From NCBI GenBank assembly GCA_007133565.1, contig SLMM01000051.1, positions 1 through 62,575 on the forward strand: 62,575 nucleotides of DNA, written 5' to 3'. The first letter of the stretch is position 1, and each line of letters opens with the position of its first letter. Made by a program: the position numbers and the translations under genes. Origin of the DNA: Bacteroidales bacterium (GTDB lineage: Bacteria; Bacteroidota; Bacteroidia; Bacteroidales; PUMT01). Shown one piece after another: positions 16,559-26,472 of this stretch. Under the pieces are notes generated by a model that was given only the letters and a program-made list of their open reading frames with translations, ran no database searches and was not told the DNA's origin.

Positions 16559-16945
16559 ATGGAAGTTATCAATTCGATCGGCAGAAGAAAAGCCGCAGTA
16601 GCAAGGGTTATACTTAACGACGGGAAAGGTAATATCACAATCAATAACCGTGACCTTAAGGAGTATTTTCCAAACCCGCAATTGCAGTATATAGTTGAGC
16701 AGCCTTTGCAGGTTCTTCAGGCAGCCGGAAAATATGATATAAAAGTGAATTTGGACGGAGGCGGGGTTAAAGGCCAGGCCGAGGCACTTCGCCTTGGAAT
16801 TGCAAGGGCACTGGTCAAGCTTGATCCTGAGAATAAACCTCCGTTAAAAGCTGAGGGGTTCCTTACCCGTGATCCGCGAGAGGTTGAAAGGAAGAAACCA
16901 GGGCAGCCAAAAGCCAGGAAGAAATTCCAGTTCAGCAAACGATAG
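16559..16945 (+). CDS. rpsI: 30S ribosomal protein S9
   Basis: GRRKAAVARV...GGG..GQA.A.R.GIARAL...DPRE.ERKK.G..KARK..QFSKR. Confidence 0.97.
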   Translation: MEVINSIGRRKAAVARVILNDGKGNITINNRDLKEYFPNPQLQYIVEQPLQVLQAAGKYDIKVNLDGGGVKGQAEALRLGIARALVKLDPENKPPLKAEGFLTRDPREVERKKPGQPKARKKFQFSKR

Positions 16946-17051
16946 GCTTTCAGACTGTAGTTTAGTATCTAAACCGGCAGGATTCACTGTATTAACGGGA
17001 CTACCTGCAGGTTGACAAAATAAGAATGTAAACGAACCTAAAAATCATTAG

Positions 17052-18011
17052 ATGCCAAGAACAAGTTTTGAAGAACTTCTTGAGGCCGGAGTACATTTCG
17101 GCCACCTGAGAAGAAAGTGGAATCCTGCAATGGCGCCCTATATCTTCATGGAGCGCAACGGTATCCATATTATTGACCTTCACAAGACGATTGTAAAGAT
17201 CGAAGAGGCTGCATCAGCCCTCAAGCAGATTGCCAAATCAGGCCGCAAGATCCTGTTTGTAGCAACAAAGAAGCAGGCCAAGGATATTGTCGACGAGGAG
17301 ATACAGAAGATAAATATGCCATATGTTACTGAGCGCTGGCCCGGTGGCATGCTAACCAACTTCCCGACCATAAGGAAATCGGTAAAGAAAATGGGTGTTA
17401 TCGACAAGATGGAGCAGGACGGCACATTCGGCAACCTGGCAAAGAGGGAGAGGCTTCAGATTATGAGGCAGAGGGCCAAGCTGGAGAAGAACTTCGGCAG
17501 CATTGCTGATCTTACCAGGCTTCCCGCAGCTCTGTTTGTTGTTGACGTGATGAAGGAGTACATTGCTGTTCGAGAGGCAAAAAGGCTTAACATACCCGTA
17601 TTCGCCATTGTAGATACCAACTCAGATCCGCGTGAAGTCGATTTCCCGATACCTGCGAATGACGACGCATCCAAGTCGATATCTCTTCTGATAGGTATAA
17701 TGGCCAGGGCTATTCAGGAAGGGCTTGACGAAAGGAAGGTCGAAAAGGAAAAGGATGCATCGGCAAAAGAGAAAAAAGGCGGGGAGAGAAAGGAAAAAAC
17801 AGAAACAAGGCGTACCCGTGCCAGAAAGGGTTCACCTGAGGGGAAACAGGCAGAGGGTGGCGATGAGAAGTCTGCCAGGCCTGCCCGTCCGCGCAGGAAG
17901 CCGCAGGATGTAAAACCGGAGGAGGCAGATGAATCCGATGCCGGCAGCAAAGGGGCTGAGGACGTAAAAGAAGAGGCCGTTGCTGAAGGAAAGAGTGATA
18001 AAACAGAATAA
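17052..18011 (+). CDS. rpsB: 30S ribosomal protein S2 with a ~90-aa Lys/Glu/Arg-rich C-terminal extension
   Basis: [34 protein letters not shown], then the conserved core, then a low-complexity tail from about residue 230. Confidence 0.97.
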   Translation: MPRTSFEELLEAGVHFGHLRRKWNPAMAPYIFMERNGIHIIDLHKTIVKIEEAASALKQIAKSGRKILFVATKKQAKDIVDEEIQKINMPYVTERWPGGMLTNFPTIRKSVKKMGVIDKMEQDGTFGNLAKRERLQIMRQRAKLEKNFGSIADLTRLPAALFVVDVMKEYIAVREAKRLNIPVFAIVDTNSDPREVDFPIPANDDASKSISLLIGIMARAIQEGLDERKVEKEKDASAKEKKGGERKEKTETRRTRARKGSPEGKQAEGGDEKSARPARPRRKPQDVKPEEADESDAGSKGAEDVKEEAVAEGKSDKTE

Positions 18012-18035
18012 TTATTCCAAAAAGAAAATACAATT

Positions 18036-18863
18036 ATGGCTGGTATAAGTGCATCAGATGTAAAAAAATTAAGGGAAATGACCGGGGCAGGAATGATGGA
18101 TTGCAAGAAAGCCCTGGCAGAAGCCGGCGGTGACTTTGAAAAGGCCGCAGAAATTATACGCAAAAAGGGAATTGCAGTTGCCAGTAAGAGGGCAGACCGT
18201 GAAGCAACCGAAGGAGCAGTCCTTGCAAAGGTTACAGGTGATGCAACCCGTGGCGCTATAGTTGTGCTGAACAGCGAAACGGACTTTGTTGCAAAAAATG
18301 AAGGCTTTGTAAAATTTGCAAACTCCATCCTTGATCTTGCCCTTGAGAAAAACCCGGCAGATCTTAATGAGCTGAAGGAGCTTGATATGGACGGAACAAA
18401 AGTAGCAGAACAAATAATGCAGCAGACAGGAATTATCGGTGAGAAGATCGATATATCCTTTTACGGGAAGCTGGAAGCTGCACAAGTGGTTCCCTACATT
18501 CATCCGGGCAATAAGCTTTCCACCCTGGTGGGACTTAACAAGAAGGCCGACAAGCAGGTTGGCAGGGACATTGCGATGCAGGTAGCTGCTATGAGCCCTG
18601 TATCGGTCGACAAGGACGATATCCCGCAGGAGGTTATCGACAAGGAGATTGAAATAGGAAAGGAGCAGGCACGCATGGAGGGAAAACCCGAAGAGCTTCT
18701 GGAGAGGATTGCAATGGGCAAGCTCAATAAGTTCTATAAAGAGAGCACCCTTCTTAACCAGGACTTTACAAAGGATAACAAAAAGACTGTAAGGCAGTAC
18801 CTGCAGGAGCAGGATAAGGAGCTAACGGTTACCGGGTTTCTGAGATACGGGCTTGGAAGCTGA
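18036..18863 (+). CDS. tsf: translation elongation factor Ts
   Basis: ISASDVKKLREMTGAGMMDCKKALAEAGGDFEKAAEIIRKKG (UBA-like N-terminus) plus the EF-Ts dimerisation core. Confidence 0.97.
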   Translation: MAGISASDVKKLREMTGAGMMDCKKALAEAGGDFEKAAEIIRKKGIAVASKRADREATEGAVLAKVTGDATRGAIVVLNSETDFVAKNEGFVKFANSILDLALEKNPADLNELKELDMDGTKVAEQIMQQTGIIGEKIDISFYGKLEAAQVVPYIHPGNKLSTLVGLNKKADKQVGRDIAMQVAAMSPVSVDKDDIPQEVIDKEIEIGKEQARMEGKPEELLERIAMGKLNKFYKESTLLNQDFTKDNKKTVRQYLQEQDKELTVTGFLRYGLGS

Positions 18864-18938
18864 AATCACGGTACCGAAGGGCCGTTTAACATGATACGAC
18901 CATATTGTTGCTGTTGCAGCAATTGACAAAAAAGCAGG

Positions 18939-18964
18939 GAGGGCGCAAAGCCCTCTTTTTTTTT
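18939..18964 (+). terminator. rho-independent terminator after tsf
   Basis: Stem GAGGGC / GCCCTC, loop GCAAA, followed by nine T residues. Confidence 0.7.
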
Positions 18965-19022
18965 ATCTTTACCGCAGAAAATTATTATCGCAGCAAATTA
19001 TTAAACGGATAAATTTCATCTT

Positions 19023-19733
19023 ATGGTAAAATATAAGAAAGTGCTTGTCAAGCTCAGCGGAGAATCTCTGATGGGCGGCGGACCTCAGGGTATTGACCCG
19101 GACAGCCTACTGAGGTATGCGGGTGAAATAAAATCGCTTACCGATGCCGGAGTGAAGGTGGGGCTGGTTATCGGAGGAGGAAACATTTTCAGGGGACTGA
19201 AGGGAGTGGACAAGGGCTTTGACCGTGTAAAGGGGGATTATATGGGTATGCTGGCCACCGTTATTAACGGACTTGCGATGCAATCTGCGCTCGAGAGCAT
19301 GGGAGTCGGTTGCAGGCTCCTGACCGCAATAAGGATGGAACCGGTAGGCCAGGGCTACAGCAAGCAACTTGTCAATGAGGCATTTGACAGAGGCGAAGTC
19401 GTCATATTTTCTGCCGGGACAGGCAATCCGTTCTTTACCACCGATACTGCGGCAGCTTTGCGTGCCGTTGAGATGGGTGCTGAGCTGCTGATAAAGGGAA
19501 CCCGTGTTGACGGTGTCTATACGGCTGACCCGGAAAAGGTGCCTGATGCCGAAAAGTATGATGAGATAACCTTTGATGAGGCCTATAAACAGGGGCTGAA
19601 GATCGTCGATCTTACTGCTTATACTTTATGCAGTGAGAACGGACTTAATATGGTTGTCTTTGATGTTAACCGTTCCGGCAACCTGAAAAAGATCATTTTG
19701 GGTGAAAGGGTTGGCACTTTAGTCAAAAATTGA
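19023..19733 (+). CDS. pyrH: UMP kinase
   Basis: YKKVLVKLSGESL......GID........A.EI......GV.VGLVIGGGNIFRG... Confidence 0.97.
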   Translation: MVKYKKVLVKLSGESLMGGGPQGIDPDSLLRYAGEIKSLTDAGVKVGLVIGGGNIFRGLKGVDKGFDRVKGDYMGMLATVINGLAMQSALESMGVGCRLLTAIRMEPVGQGYSKQLVNEAFDRGEVVIFSAGTGNPFFTTDTAAALRAVEMGAELLIKGTRVDGVYTADPEKVPDAEKYDEITFDEAYKQGLKIVDLTAYTLCSENGLNMVVFDVNRSGNLKKIILGERVGTLVKN

Positions 19734-19775
19734 ATATATTTATGCCGCTTAAAACTAATTAACCCGTCACCTGAT

Positions 19776-20339
19776 ATGGAAGAAGATGTTCAATTAATAC
19801 TGGATATTGCCGAAGAAAAGATGGAAAAGGCTGTTTCCTATCTTCGGGATGAGCTGGCCAAGCTCCGTGCAGGTAAGGCCAGTCCGCATATGCTGGATGG
19901 TATTAGCGTGGACTATTACGGGGCAAATACTCCCCTGAATCAGGTCTCAAACATCAATACCCCCGATCCGCGCTCCATCATTGTTCAGCCATGGGAAAAG
20001 AGCATGCTTGAACCGATCGAAAAGGCCATTTTGCATGCCAACCTGGGCTTTAATCCGGTTAACAACGGTGAGATATTGCGCATAGTTGTGCCGGCACTTA
20101 CTGAAGAGAGGCGCAGGAACCTGGTGAAACAGGTGAAGATGGAGGGTGAAAATGCCCGTGTAAGCATAAGGAATGCCCGCAGGGAGGCCAATGAAGAGTT
20201 GAAAAAGATGCAGAAGGAGGGGTTGCCTGAGGATATTGAGAAGAGGGGGGAGCAGGATGTTCAGAAATTAACCGACTCATATTCTCAGAAAATAGACGAG
20301 CTGCTTCAGAAAAAGGAAGAGGATATAATGACAATTTAA
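19776..20339 (+). CDS. frr: ribosome recycling factor
   Basis: ..LRAGKASP.MLD.I.VDYYG..TPLNQV.....PD.R...VQPWEK......EKAI..ANLG.NP... Confidence 0.97.
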   Translation: MEEDVQLILDIAEEKMEKAVSYLRDELAKLRAGKASPHMLDGISVDYYGANTPLNQVSNINTPDPRSIIVQPWEKSMLEPIEKAILHANLGFNPVNNGEILRIVVPALTEERRRNLVKQVKMEGENARVSIRNARREANEELKKMQKEGLPEDIEKRGEQDVQKLTDSYSQKIDELLQKKEEDIMTI

Positions 20340-20361
20340 CCTTGGTATGATATTCCATATA

Positions 20362-20393
20362 AAAAGGCACCGGCGTAACTGCCCGTGCCTTTT
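20362..20393. terminator. bidirectional terminator hairpin between convergent frr and trxA
   Basis: AAAAGGCAC(C)GG ... CC(C)GTGCCTTTT. The stem is flanked by an A-run on one side and a T-run on the other, so it reads as hairpin+T-tract on both strands. Confidence 0.7.
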
Positions 20394-20416
20394 ATGTTTT
20401 CTGACACTGATCCGTT

Positions 20417-20734
20417 TTAAATCAGGGCATTCAGTTTCTGGACCAGCGTATTTTTCTGAGCTGCACCCACCTGCTTGTCGGCTACCTCCCCGTCCTTGAT
20501 AAACAGAATAGTCGGTATGTTCCTGATACCGTACTTAGCCGCTATTCCCGGATTACTGTCAACATCAACTTTACCGATAACTGCCTTTCCTTCAAATTCT
20601 ACTCCCATCTCCTTCACATAAGGCGCAATAACCCTGCAGGGGCCACACCACTCTGCCCAGAAATCCAGCATCACCGGCTTATCAGATTTTAATACCAGCT
20701 CTTCAAAATTGGATTCGGTCACTTCTATTGTCAT
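20417..20734 (-). CDS. trxA: thioredoxin
   Basis: 105 aa with VMLDFWAEWCGPCR (WCGPC active site). Confidence 0.95.
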   Translation of the reverse strand: MTIEVTESNFEELVLKSDKPVMLDFWAEWCGPCRVIAPYVKEMGVEFEGKAVIGKVDVDSNPGIAAKYGIRNIPTILFIKDGEVADKQVGAAQKNTLVQKLNALI

Positions 20735-20812
20735 AGCTAAAATATTTGGTTAAATAAGAGTATAAAGTTATGTATAATTTTTTGTCAGTAAACATCCGTG
20801 GTAGAGTTTTGT

Positions 20813-23800
20813 TTAACCGGCGGCCTGGTTAAGTCTCACTTCTATGTCGGGGTTGTTTTCGATAAAGTTCATTACGTTCTTTGTCAGGCTTATGCGTTTT
20901 GACCGGGAGAACATGCTTACTGCCATGTTCTCTTCTTTTTCGATGATACGGAACTTTAAAACAACCTCTCCCTTGTTATTTTCAGCAAGGTCGCTAAGCT
21001 TCCCTATTATCTCCTGGTTGATGGACGAAAGCGGTATGTCGAGCGATATGCTCTTTATCAGATCCTCCCTTGCGTTGGCAAGAAGCGACATACTCTTTAC
21101 CTTGAGCTCTAATTCATCCTGGTTATAGTACCTTGTCTGTATCTTTCCCCTGATAAGCAGCGGGCAGTCCTTGACGAAGTAGTTCTTGAAGTTGATATAG
21201 TCCTTGCCGAAGAGTGCGAGCTCCCAGGAGTTCCTGTAATCTTCAAGCACCATCCTGCCAAAAGGGTTCCCGTTTTTGGTGTATGCCTCCTTAACACTGT
21301 TCACGATACCGGCAATAACCACTTCACGGTTCTTCAGCTCTTTAAGGTCAGACATATCGGAAAGCGAATGGGTAGTGAGGGTTTCAATCTCAAGCCTGAA
21401 ATCATCAAGCGGGTGGGCGGACAGGAAGATGCCGATATGCTCCCTTTCCCTGTTAAGCTTTTCAACTTTGGTCCATTCATCTGCTTTTGGTAAGTCCGGC
21501 TTCGGGTAAACCAGTCCCGGGCTGTCGCCAAACAGGTTCCCCTGTGGTGTTACCTTGTCGGCCTGCACCTTGCCTCCGTATCGGATGAGGTTTTCGATTA
21601 AGGTTGCCCCCTTAAGGTCGGTGGCGAAGAACTGATGACGGCTGACCTCCCCCAGTCCGTCGAAGGCACCGGCGGCAGCGAGTGCCTCCAGTACTCTTTT
21701 GTTGACGGAGTGCAGATTTACCCGTTCTGCAAAGTCATATATATCTTTAAATAACCCATTGCGCTCTCTCTCTTCAATCATCTTCTCAACGGCGCTTTCA
21801 CCTACACCTTTTATCGCTCCCAGCCCGAAGCGTATGTTACCCTCCTTGTTTACTGTAAACTTAAGGTCGCTGTCGTTAATATCGGGTCCCAGTACCTGTA
21901 TGTCCATACGACGGCACTCATCCATGAATATGGTGATCTTCTTGATGTCGGAAATGTTGCGGCTAAGCACCGCGGCCATGAACTCGGCAGGATAGTGTGC
22001 CTTAAGCCAGGCTGTCTGATAAGCTATCAGGGCATAGCAGGTGGAGTGTGATTTGTTGAATGCATACTGTGCAAATGCTTCCCAATCGGCCCAGATTTTT
22101 TTGACCACCTTCTCCTCATACCCGTTTTCAAGACAGCCCCTGGTAAAAAGTTCGTGCAGCTTGTCCATCTCCTGCTTCTTCTTTTTACCCATTGCCTTTC
22201 TCAGCGAATCTGCCTGCCCCCCGCTAAATCCCGCCATCATTTGCGAAAGAAGCATCACCTGCTCCTGGTAAACAGTAATGCCGTAGGTATCTTCCAGCAG
22301 CTTCTCCATTGCCGGTACCTCAAAGGAGATAGCTTCCCGGCCATGTTTTCTCCTGATAAATGTCGGAATGTACTCCATCGGGCCCGGCCTGTAAAGGGCG
22401 TTCATCGCTATCAGGTCTTCAAACCTGTTGGGCCTGAGATCTCTGAGGTGTTTCTTCATTCCTGGTGATTCAAACTGGAAGATGGCTGTGGTATCACCGC
22501 GGCTGAACAGCTGGTAAGTTTTTTCATCGTCCAGTCCTATCTGGTTGAAATCTATTTTCACGCCCCTGGATTTCTCAATGGTTTCCAGGGCATCCTTGAT
22601 GATTGACAGTGTCTTAAGGCCCAGAAAATCCATCTTGAGCATTCCCACGCTCTCAACATGGTTGCCGTCATACTGGGTAACAAGCAGGTCGGTATCCTTT
22701 GAAGTACATACAGGAATGTGTTCGGTAAGCTCGTTTTTTGAAATAATGATACCACATGCATGCAAACCGGTATGCCTTACCGATCCTTCGAGTGTCTCGG
22801 CAAACTGGAGGGTTTTCACCACATTCTCTTCCCCCTTTTTCCTGGCATCGGCAAGTTCCCTGACCTCTTTGTAGGCCATTTTAAGTGATGTTCCGGGCCT
22901 TTCAGGCACCAGCTTGGCCAGCTTATCGGCGGTGGGCAGAGGCAGTTTCTGAACGCGGGCAACATCACGAATCGCCATTTTGGCAGCCATGGTACCGAAG
23001 GTAATGATCTGGGCCACGCGGTCCTTGCCGTACTTGTCAACTACATATCTGAGTACCAGATCCCGCCCCTCTTCATCAAAATCAATGTCAATGTCAGGCA
23101 TTGAGATACGGTCCGGATTAAGGAACCGCTCAAAAAGAAGCTTATAACTTATCGGATCGATGTCAGTGATAAAATTGCAGTAGGCCACTACCGATCCTGC
23201 TGCAGAACCTCTGCCTGGTCCTACTGATACCCCCATGTCCCTTGCTGCCCTGAGAAAATCCTGAACAATCAGGAAGTATCCGGGGAATCCCATTTTTTTG
23301 ATGACTGACAGTTCGAAGTCTATCCGGTCTCTTATCTCGTCGGTAATAACCTGGTACCTTTTCTTTGCTCCTTCAAAAGTGAGATGCCTGAGATACTCAT
23401 CTTCGCCTGTAAACCCTTCAGGTATGGGGAAATCAGGCATGACGGGATGATGGTTCAGTTCGTAAACCTCAACCTTTCCGGCTATCTCCATGGTATTTTC
23501 AATGGCTTCGGGGACATCCGAAAACAGTTCATACATTTCGTCAATGCCCTTGAGATATTCCTGGCGGGTATAGCGGAGCCGGTCAGGGTCGTCAAGGTCT
23601 TTACCCGTATTCAGGCAGATGAGCCTGTCGTGGGCACCTGCGTCGCTTTCGTTTATGAAGTGCACATCGTTGGATGCGATAAGCCTGATGCCGTGTTTCC
23701 TTCCCATCTCAACCAGATGGCTGTTAACCTTTTTCTGGTTTTCCAGAACATCTTTGTCAATTTCGGGATCGCCTGACGGATGCATCTGAAGCTCGAGGTA

Positions 23801-24319
23801 GTAGTCGTCGCCAAACCAGTTTCTGAACTCAAGAATAATTTTTTCGGCTTCTTCCACCCCCCGGTTCATTATTACCTGCGGCACCTCACCCCCAAGGCAG
23901 GCACTGCAAACTATAAGTCCTTCACGGTGCTGGACAAGAAGCTCTTTGTCTATCCTCGGCTTGTAATAGAAACCTTCGGTATATGATTTTGATACAAGCT
24001 TTACCAGGTTCTTATAGCCGGCCATGTTCTTTGCCAGGACGATCAGGTGGTACCCGCTGCGGTCCTCCTTACCTGTCTTTTCAAAACGGCTGTTCTCGGC
24101 AACATAGACCTCGCATCCTATGATCGGTTTGATTTTGCGTGCCTTAGCCTCATTGATGAACTCCTTAACCCCGAACATGTTGCCGTGGTCGGTTATCGCC
24201 AGTGCCTTCATGCCAAGATCGGCGGCCCTGGCAATGAGATCCTTTATATTCGATGCTCCGTCAAGTATCGAATACTGGGTGTGCACATGAAGATGAGTAA
24301 AGTTCTTGCCGCTATCCAT
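20813..24319 (-). CDS. dnaE: DNA polymerase III alpha subunit
   Basis: FTHLHVHTQYSILDGA (PHP domain), then the pol III alpha core, an OB fold and the C-terminal tail. The likely start is MDSGKNF at 24319. The track ORF runs to 24442. Confidence 0.96.
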   Translation of the reverse strand: MDSGKNFTHLHVHTQYSILDGASNIKDLIARAADLGMKALAITDHGNMFGVKEFINEAKARKIKPIIGCEVYVAENSRFEKTGKEDRSGYHLIVLAKNMAGYKNLVKLVSKSYTEGFYYKPRIDKELLVQHREGLIVCSACLGGEVPQVIMNRGVEEAEKIILEFRNWFGDDYYLELQMHPSGDPEIDKDVLENQKKVNSHLVEMGRKHGIRLIASNDVHFINESDAGAHDRLICLNTGKDLDDPDRLRYTRQEYLKGIDEMYELFSDVPEAIENTMEIAGKVEVYELNHHPVMPDFPIPEGFTGEDEYLRHLTFEGAKKRYQVITDEIRDRIDFELSVIKKMGFPGYFLIVQDFLRAARDMGVSVGPGRGSAAGSVVAYCNFITDIDPISYKLLFERFLNPDRISMPDIDIDFDEEGRDLVLRYVVDKYGKDRVAQIITFGTMAAKMAIRDVARVQKLPLPTADKLAKLVPERPGTSLKMAYKEVRELADARKKGEENVVKTLQFAETLEGSVRHTGLHACGIIISKNELTEHIPVCTSKDTDLLVTQYDGNHVESVGMLKMDFLGLKTLSIIKDALETIEKSRGVKIDFNQIGLDDEKTYQLFSRGDTTAIFQFESPGMKKHLRDLRPNRFEDLIAMNALYRPGPMEYIPTFIRRKHGREAISFEVPAMEKLLEDTYGITVYQEQVMLLSQMMAGFSGGQADSLRKAMGKKKKQEMDKLHELFTRGCLENGYEEKVVKKIWADWEAFAQYAFNKSHSTCYALIAYQTAWLKAHYPAEFMAAVLSRNISDIKKITIFMDECRRMDIQVLGPDINDSDLKFTVNKEGNIRFGLGAIKGVGESAVEKMIEERERNGLFKDIYDFAERVNLHSVNKRVLEALAAAGAFDGLGEVSRHQFFATDLKGATLIENLIRYGGKVQADKVTPQGNLFGDSPGLVYPKPDLPKADEWTKVEKLNREREHIGIFLSAHPLDDFRLEIETLTTHSLSDMSDLKELKNREVVIAGIVNSVKEAYTKNGNPFGRMVLEDYRNSWELALFGKDYINFKNYFVKDCPLLIRGKIQTRYYNQDELELKVKSMSLLANAREDLIKSISLDIPLSSINQEIIGKLSDLAENNKGEVVLKFRIIEKEENMAVSMFSRSKRISLTKNVMNFIENNPDIEVRLNQAAG

Positions 24320-24553
24320 CAAAGCAGTATTTCCTGTCAGCACGTTTAAGTTAAATGCCGGATTATGAGGGCCGGTTAGTACAGGCTGGTATGATTGTCC
24401 GGCAACAGTAAAATTACAAAAATGTATTACCCTATTTTGCATTTGTTGAAAACTATTAAAAAACTTTTCAAATTGCCGTCAACTCCAGATCTTCTGCGTT
24501 GCAGGCATGTCTAAAATTTCTTTGAAATAGGGGGTTAAAACAATTAATTATTT

Positions 24554-24561
24554 TATCTTTG
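24554..24561 (+). promoter_or_regulatory. candidate -7 box (TATCTTTG) for rpsP-rimM
   Basis: Exact TAnnTTTG match 47 nt upstream of the rpsP ATG. Confidence 0.45.
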
Positions 24562-24608
24562 CACCCACAATTTCAAAAATGTAGGGTTTATATTAATTTA
24601 AAAAGAGC

Positions 24609-25400
24609 ATGCCTGTAAAGATCAGATTAGCAAGACACGGAAAGAAGAACAGACCGTACTATCACATTGTGATAGCTGATAGCAGGGCGCCACGTGATGG
24701 TAGATTTATTGAAAGGGTTGGATCCTACAACCCGAACACTAATCCTGCTACTATTGAACTGGATTTTGATAGAGCATTAGATTGGCTACTTAAGGGCGCT
24801 CAACCTACAGACACATGTAGAGCTATCCTCTCCTACAAGGGAGTATTGATGAAAAAACACCTTCTTAACGGTGTTAAGAAAGGTGCATTGACTGAAGAAG
24901 AGGCAGAGAAGCGCTTTGCTGCCTGGCTTAAGGAAAAAGAGGCCAAAATTGAAGCTAAGAGGGAAAGAGTCCTTGGCCAGAAGCGTGAAGAAGTTGCCAG
25001 GATGCTTGATGAGGAGGCAAAGGTAAATGAAGCCAGGGCTGCCGAAATAGCGAAGAGACAATCTGAACTCGCAGAGGAAGCTGCAGCCGCTTCGGGTAAA
25101 GCTGCCGGAGACACTCCTGCAGAACAGGAGCAGGCTGAGGCTGTTGAGCCGGCGAGCGAAGAGAAGAAAGAAGAGGCTCCTGCTGCAAAAGAGGCAGAAG
25201 ACAAGCCCGCTGCATCGGAGGAGAAGAAAGAGGCAGAAGACAAGCCCGCTGCATCGGAGGAGAAGAAAGAAGAGCCGGCTGAGCCAGCTGAAACAGAAGA
25301 AAAACCTGAAGAGGGTGGCAAGAAGGAGGAGGCACCTGCCCCGAAAGAGGCTGAAGAAAAAAAGGGCGATTCTGAAGAAGACAAAGGCAGGGATTCTTAA
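24609..25400 (+). CDS. rpsP: 30S ribosomal protein S16 with a long Glu/Lys/Ala-rich C-terminal extension
   Basis: [40 protein letters not shown] is canonical S16. The remaining ~170 aa are low-complexity. Confidence 0.95.
   Translation: MPVKIRLARHGKKNRPYYHIVIADSRAPRDGRFIERVGSYNPNTNPATIELDFDRALDWLLKGAQPTDTCRAILSYKGVLMKKHLLNGVKKGALTEEEAEKRFAAWLKEKEAKIEAKRERVLGQKREEVARMLDEEAKVNEARAAEIAKRQSELAEEAAAASGKAAGDTPAEQEQAEAVEPASEEKKEEAPAAKEAEDKPAASEEKKEAEDKPAASEEKKEEPAEPAETEEKPEEGGKKEEAPAPKEAEEKKGDSEEDKGRDS
25194..25271 (+). repeat. 2 x 39-bp tandem duplication (38/39 identical) inside the rpsP tail
   Basis: GCAGAAGACAAGCCCGCTGCATCGGAGGAGAAGAAAGA(G/A) occurs twice back to back and encodes [13 protein letters not shown] twice. 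Confidence 0.9.
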
Positions 25401-25454
25401 TGCTGGCTTTCCTGCTGAAGTGATGAGTTGGGCTTGACACCATAAATATTCTGC

Positions 25455-25982
25455 ATGCAAAATGCCGGGGATTTTAAATTGTTGGGCGAATTTATCAAAA
25501 CTCATCGGATCAGCGGGCACCTGGTTCTGAAGCTGTCTTTTTTTGCCGAAGAAGAACTAAAAGAAGGGGATACGGTATTTGTCGAAGTGGACGGAATACC
25601 GGTCCCGTTTTTTATTGGGGAGTTCAGGTTCCTGGGTGACTTTACCGCACTTGTAAGGTTTGATGATACGGAAACAGCCCAGCAGGCTGAAATTTTAACA
25701 GGTTGCTCTGTTTACTGCAGTCCGGGATACGCGACCGAAGAGGCTGAAAAGGAAGAGGGATACGGTGATATAACAGGCTTCAGGGTTCTTGACAGGGAAA
25801 AAGGTTATTCCGGCATCCTTCAGGAGGTGATAGAGTATCCGGATAACCCTGTAATGCGGCTTGACCATGACGGTGCCGAAATACTGATTCCTTTCCATGA
25901 CGATATAGTCCTTAATATCGATCATTCACTTAGAGTTATTGAGATTTCCGCACCGGAGGGGTTGCTTGACCTGTACCTTTAA
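25455..25982 (+). CDS. rimM: ribosome maturation factor RimM
   Basis: It sits directly after rpsP and is 175 aa. The N-terminus FKLLGEFIKTHRISGHLVLK resembles the RimM beta-barrel start. The C-terminal part is PRC-barrel-like. Confidence 0.75.
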   Translation: MQNAGDFKLLGEFIKTHRISGHLVLKLSFFAEEELKEGDTVFVEVDGIPVPFFIGEFRFLGDFTALVRFDDTETAQQAEILTGCSVYCSPGYATEEAEKEEGYGDITGFRVLDREKGYSGILQEVIEYPDNPVMRLDHDGAEILIPFHDDIVLNIDHSLRVIEISAPEGLLDLYL

Positions 25983-26011
25983 TTATGGTCCATAGTCAAA
26001 ATAGATGCCGG

Positions 26012-26470
26012 CTAGCCGTATTTAAGCCTGATCTCCTTTTCGAATGAAATGATTTTGTCTTTCCATTCCCCCGGAAGGGGAATCGTACAGTTTTTTAGAG
26101 CATCGAAAGCTACTAGCACACAGCGGCTTGAAGCCATTGTCCTGCTGGTGCCTGTATCCTGCACCTCCTGGCACATGTGCAGGCTTTTGTTGCCTATCAT
26201 GATAGTGCTGCTGGCTACCTCCAACTGGTTGTCAATATGAACGGGGAACTGGTAATCGACACTAATCGATGCAAGTATGAGGGTTTCGCGGTCCCACTTC
26301 AGGGGTTGGCCGAACACGTGCCTGAAATACTGCAGCCTTGCATAGTCAAAATAGTGCTGGAATACAGAGTTGTTAACATGACCCATTATGTCGATATCGT
26401 TAAATCTTATCTGCACCGGCGTAAAATGCAGGTAGATGTGATTTGAACTGGCATTATCTGATGAAGGCAT
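26012..26470 (-). CDS. acyl-CoA thioesterase (4HBT/YbgC-like hotdog fold)
   Basis: ..TPVQIRFNDIDIMGHVNNSVFQHYFDYAR.. is typical of hotdog thioesterases. Confidence 0.8.
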   Translation of the reverse strand: MPSSDNASSNHIYLHFTPVQIRFNDIDIMGHVNNSVFQHYFDYARLQYFRHVFGQPLKWDRETLILASISVDYQFPVHIDNQLEVASSTIMIGNKSLHMCQEVQDTGTSRTMASSRCVLVAFDALKNCTIPLPGEWKDKIISFEKEIRLKYG

Positions 26471-26472
26471 GA

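Noticed and set aside
17714-18328. 204-aa minus-strand ORF spanning the rpsB-tsf junction, plus 17710..18033.
   Set aside because: It is antisense to two highly conserved translation genes and is a Ser/Ala/Phe-rich mirror of the Lys/Glu tail.
24786-25520. Three long antisense ORFs (244, 183 and 162 aa) and a Lys/Arg-rich + strand alternative-frame ORF (25144..25437) over the rpsP tail.
   Set aside because: They are a compositional artefact. A GAA/AAG/GCT-rich repetitive coding region stays open in most frames. S16 homology fixes the real frame.
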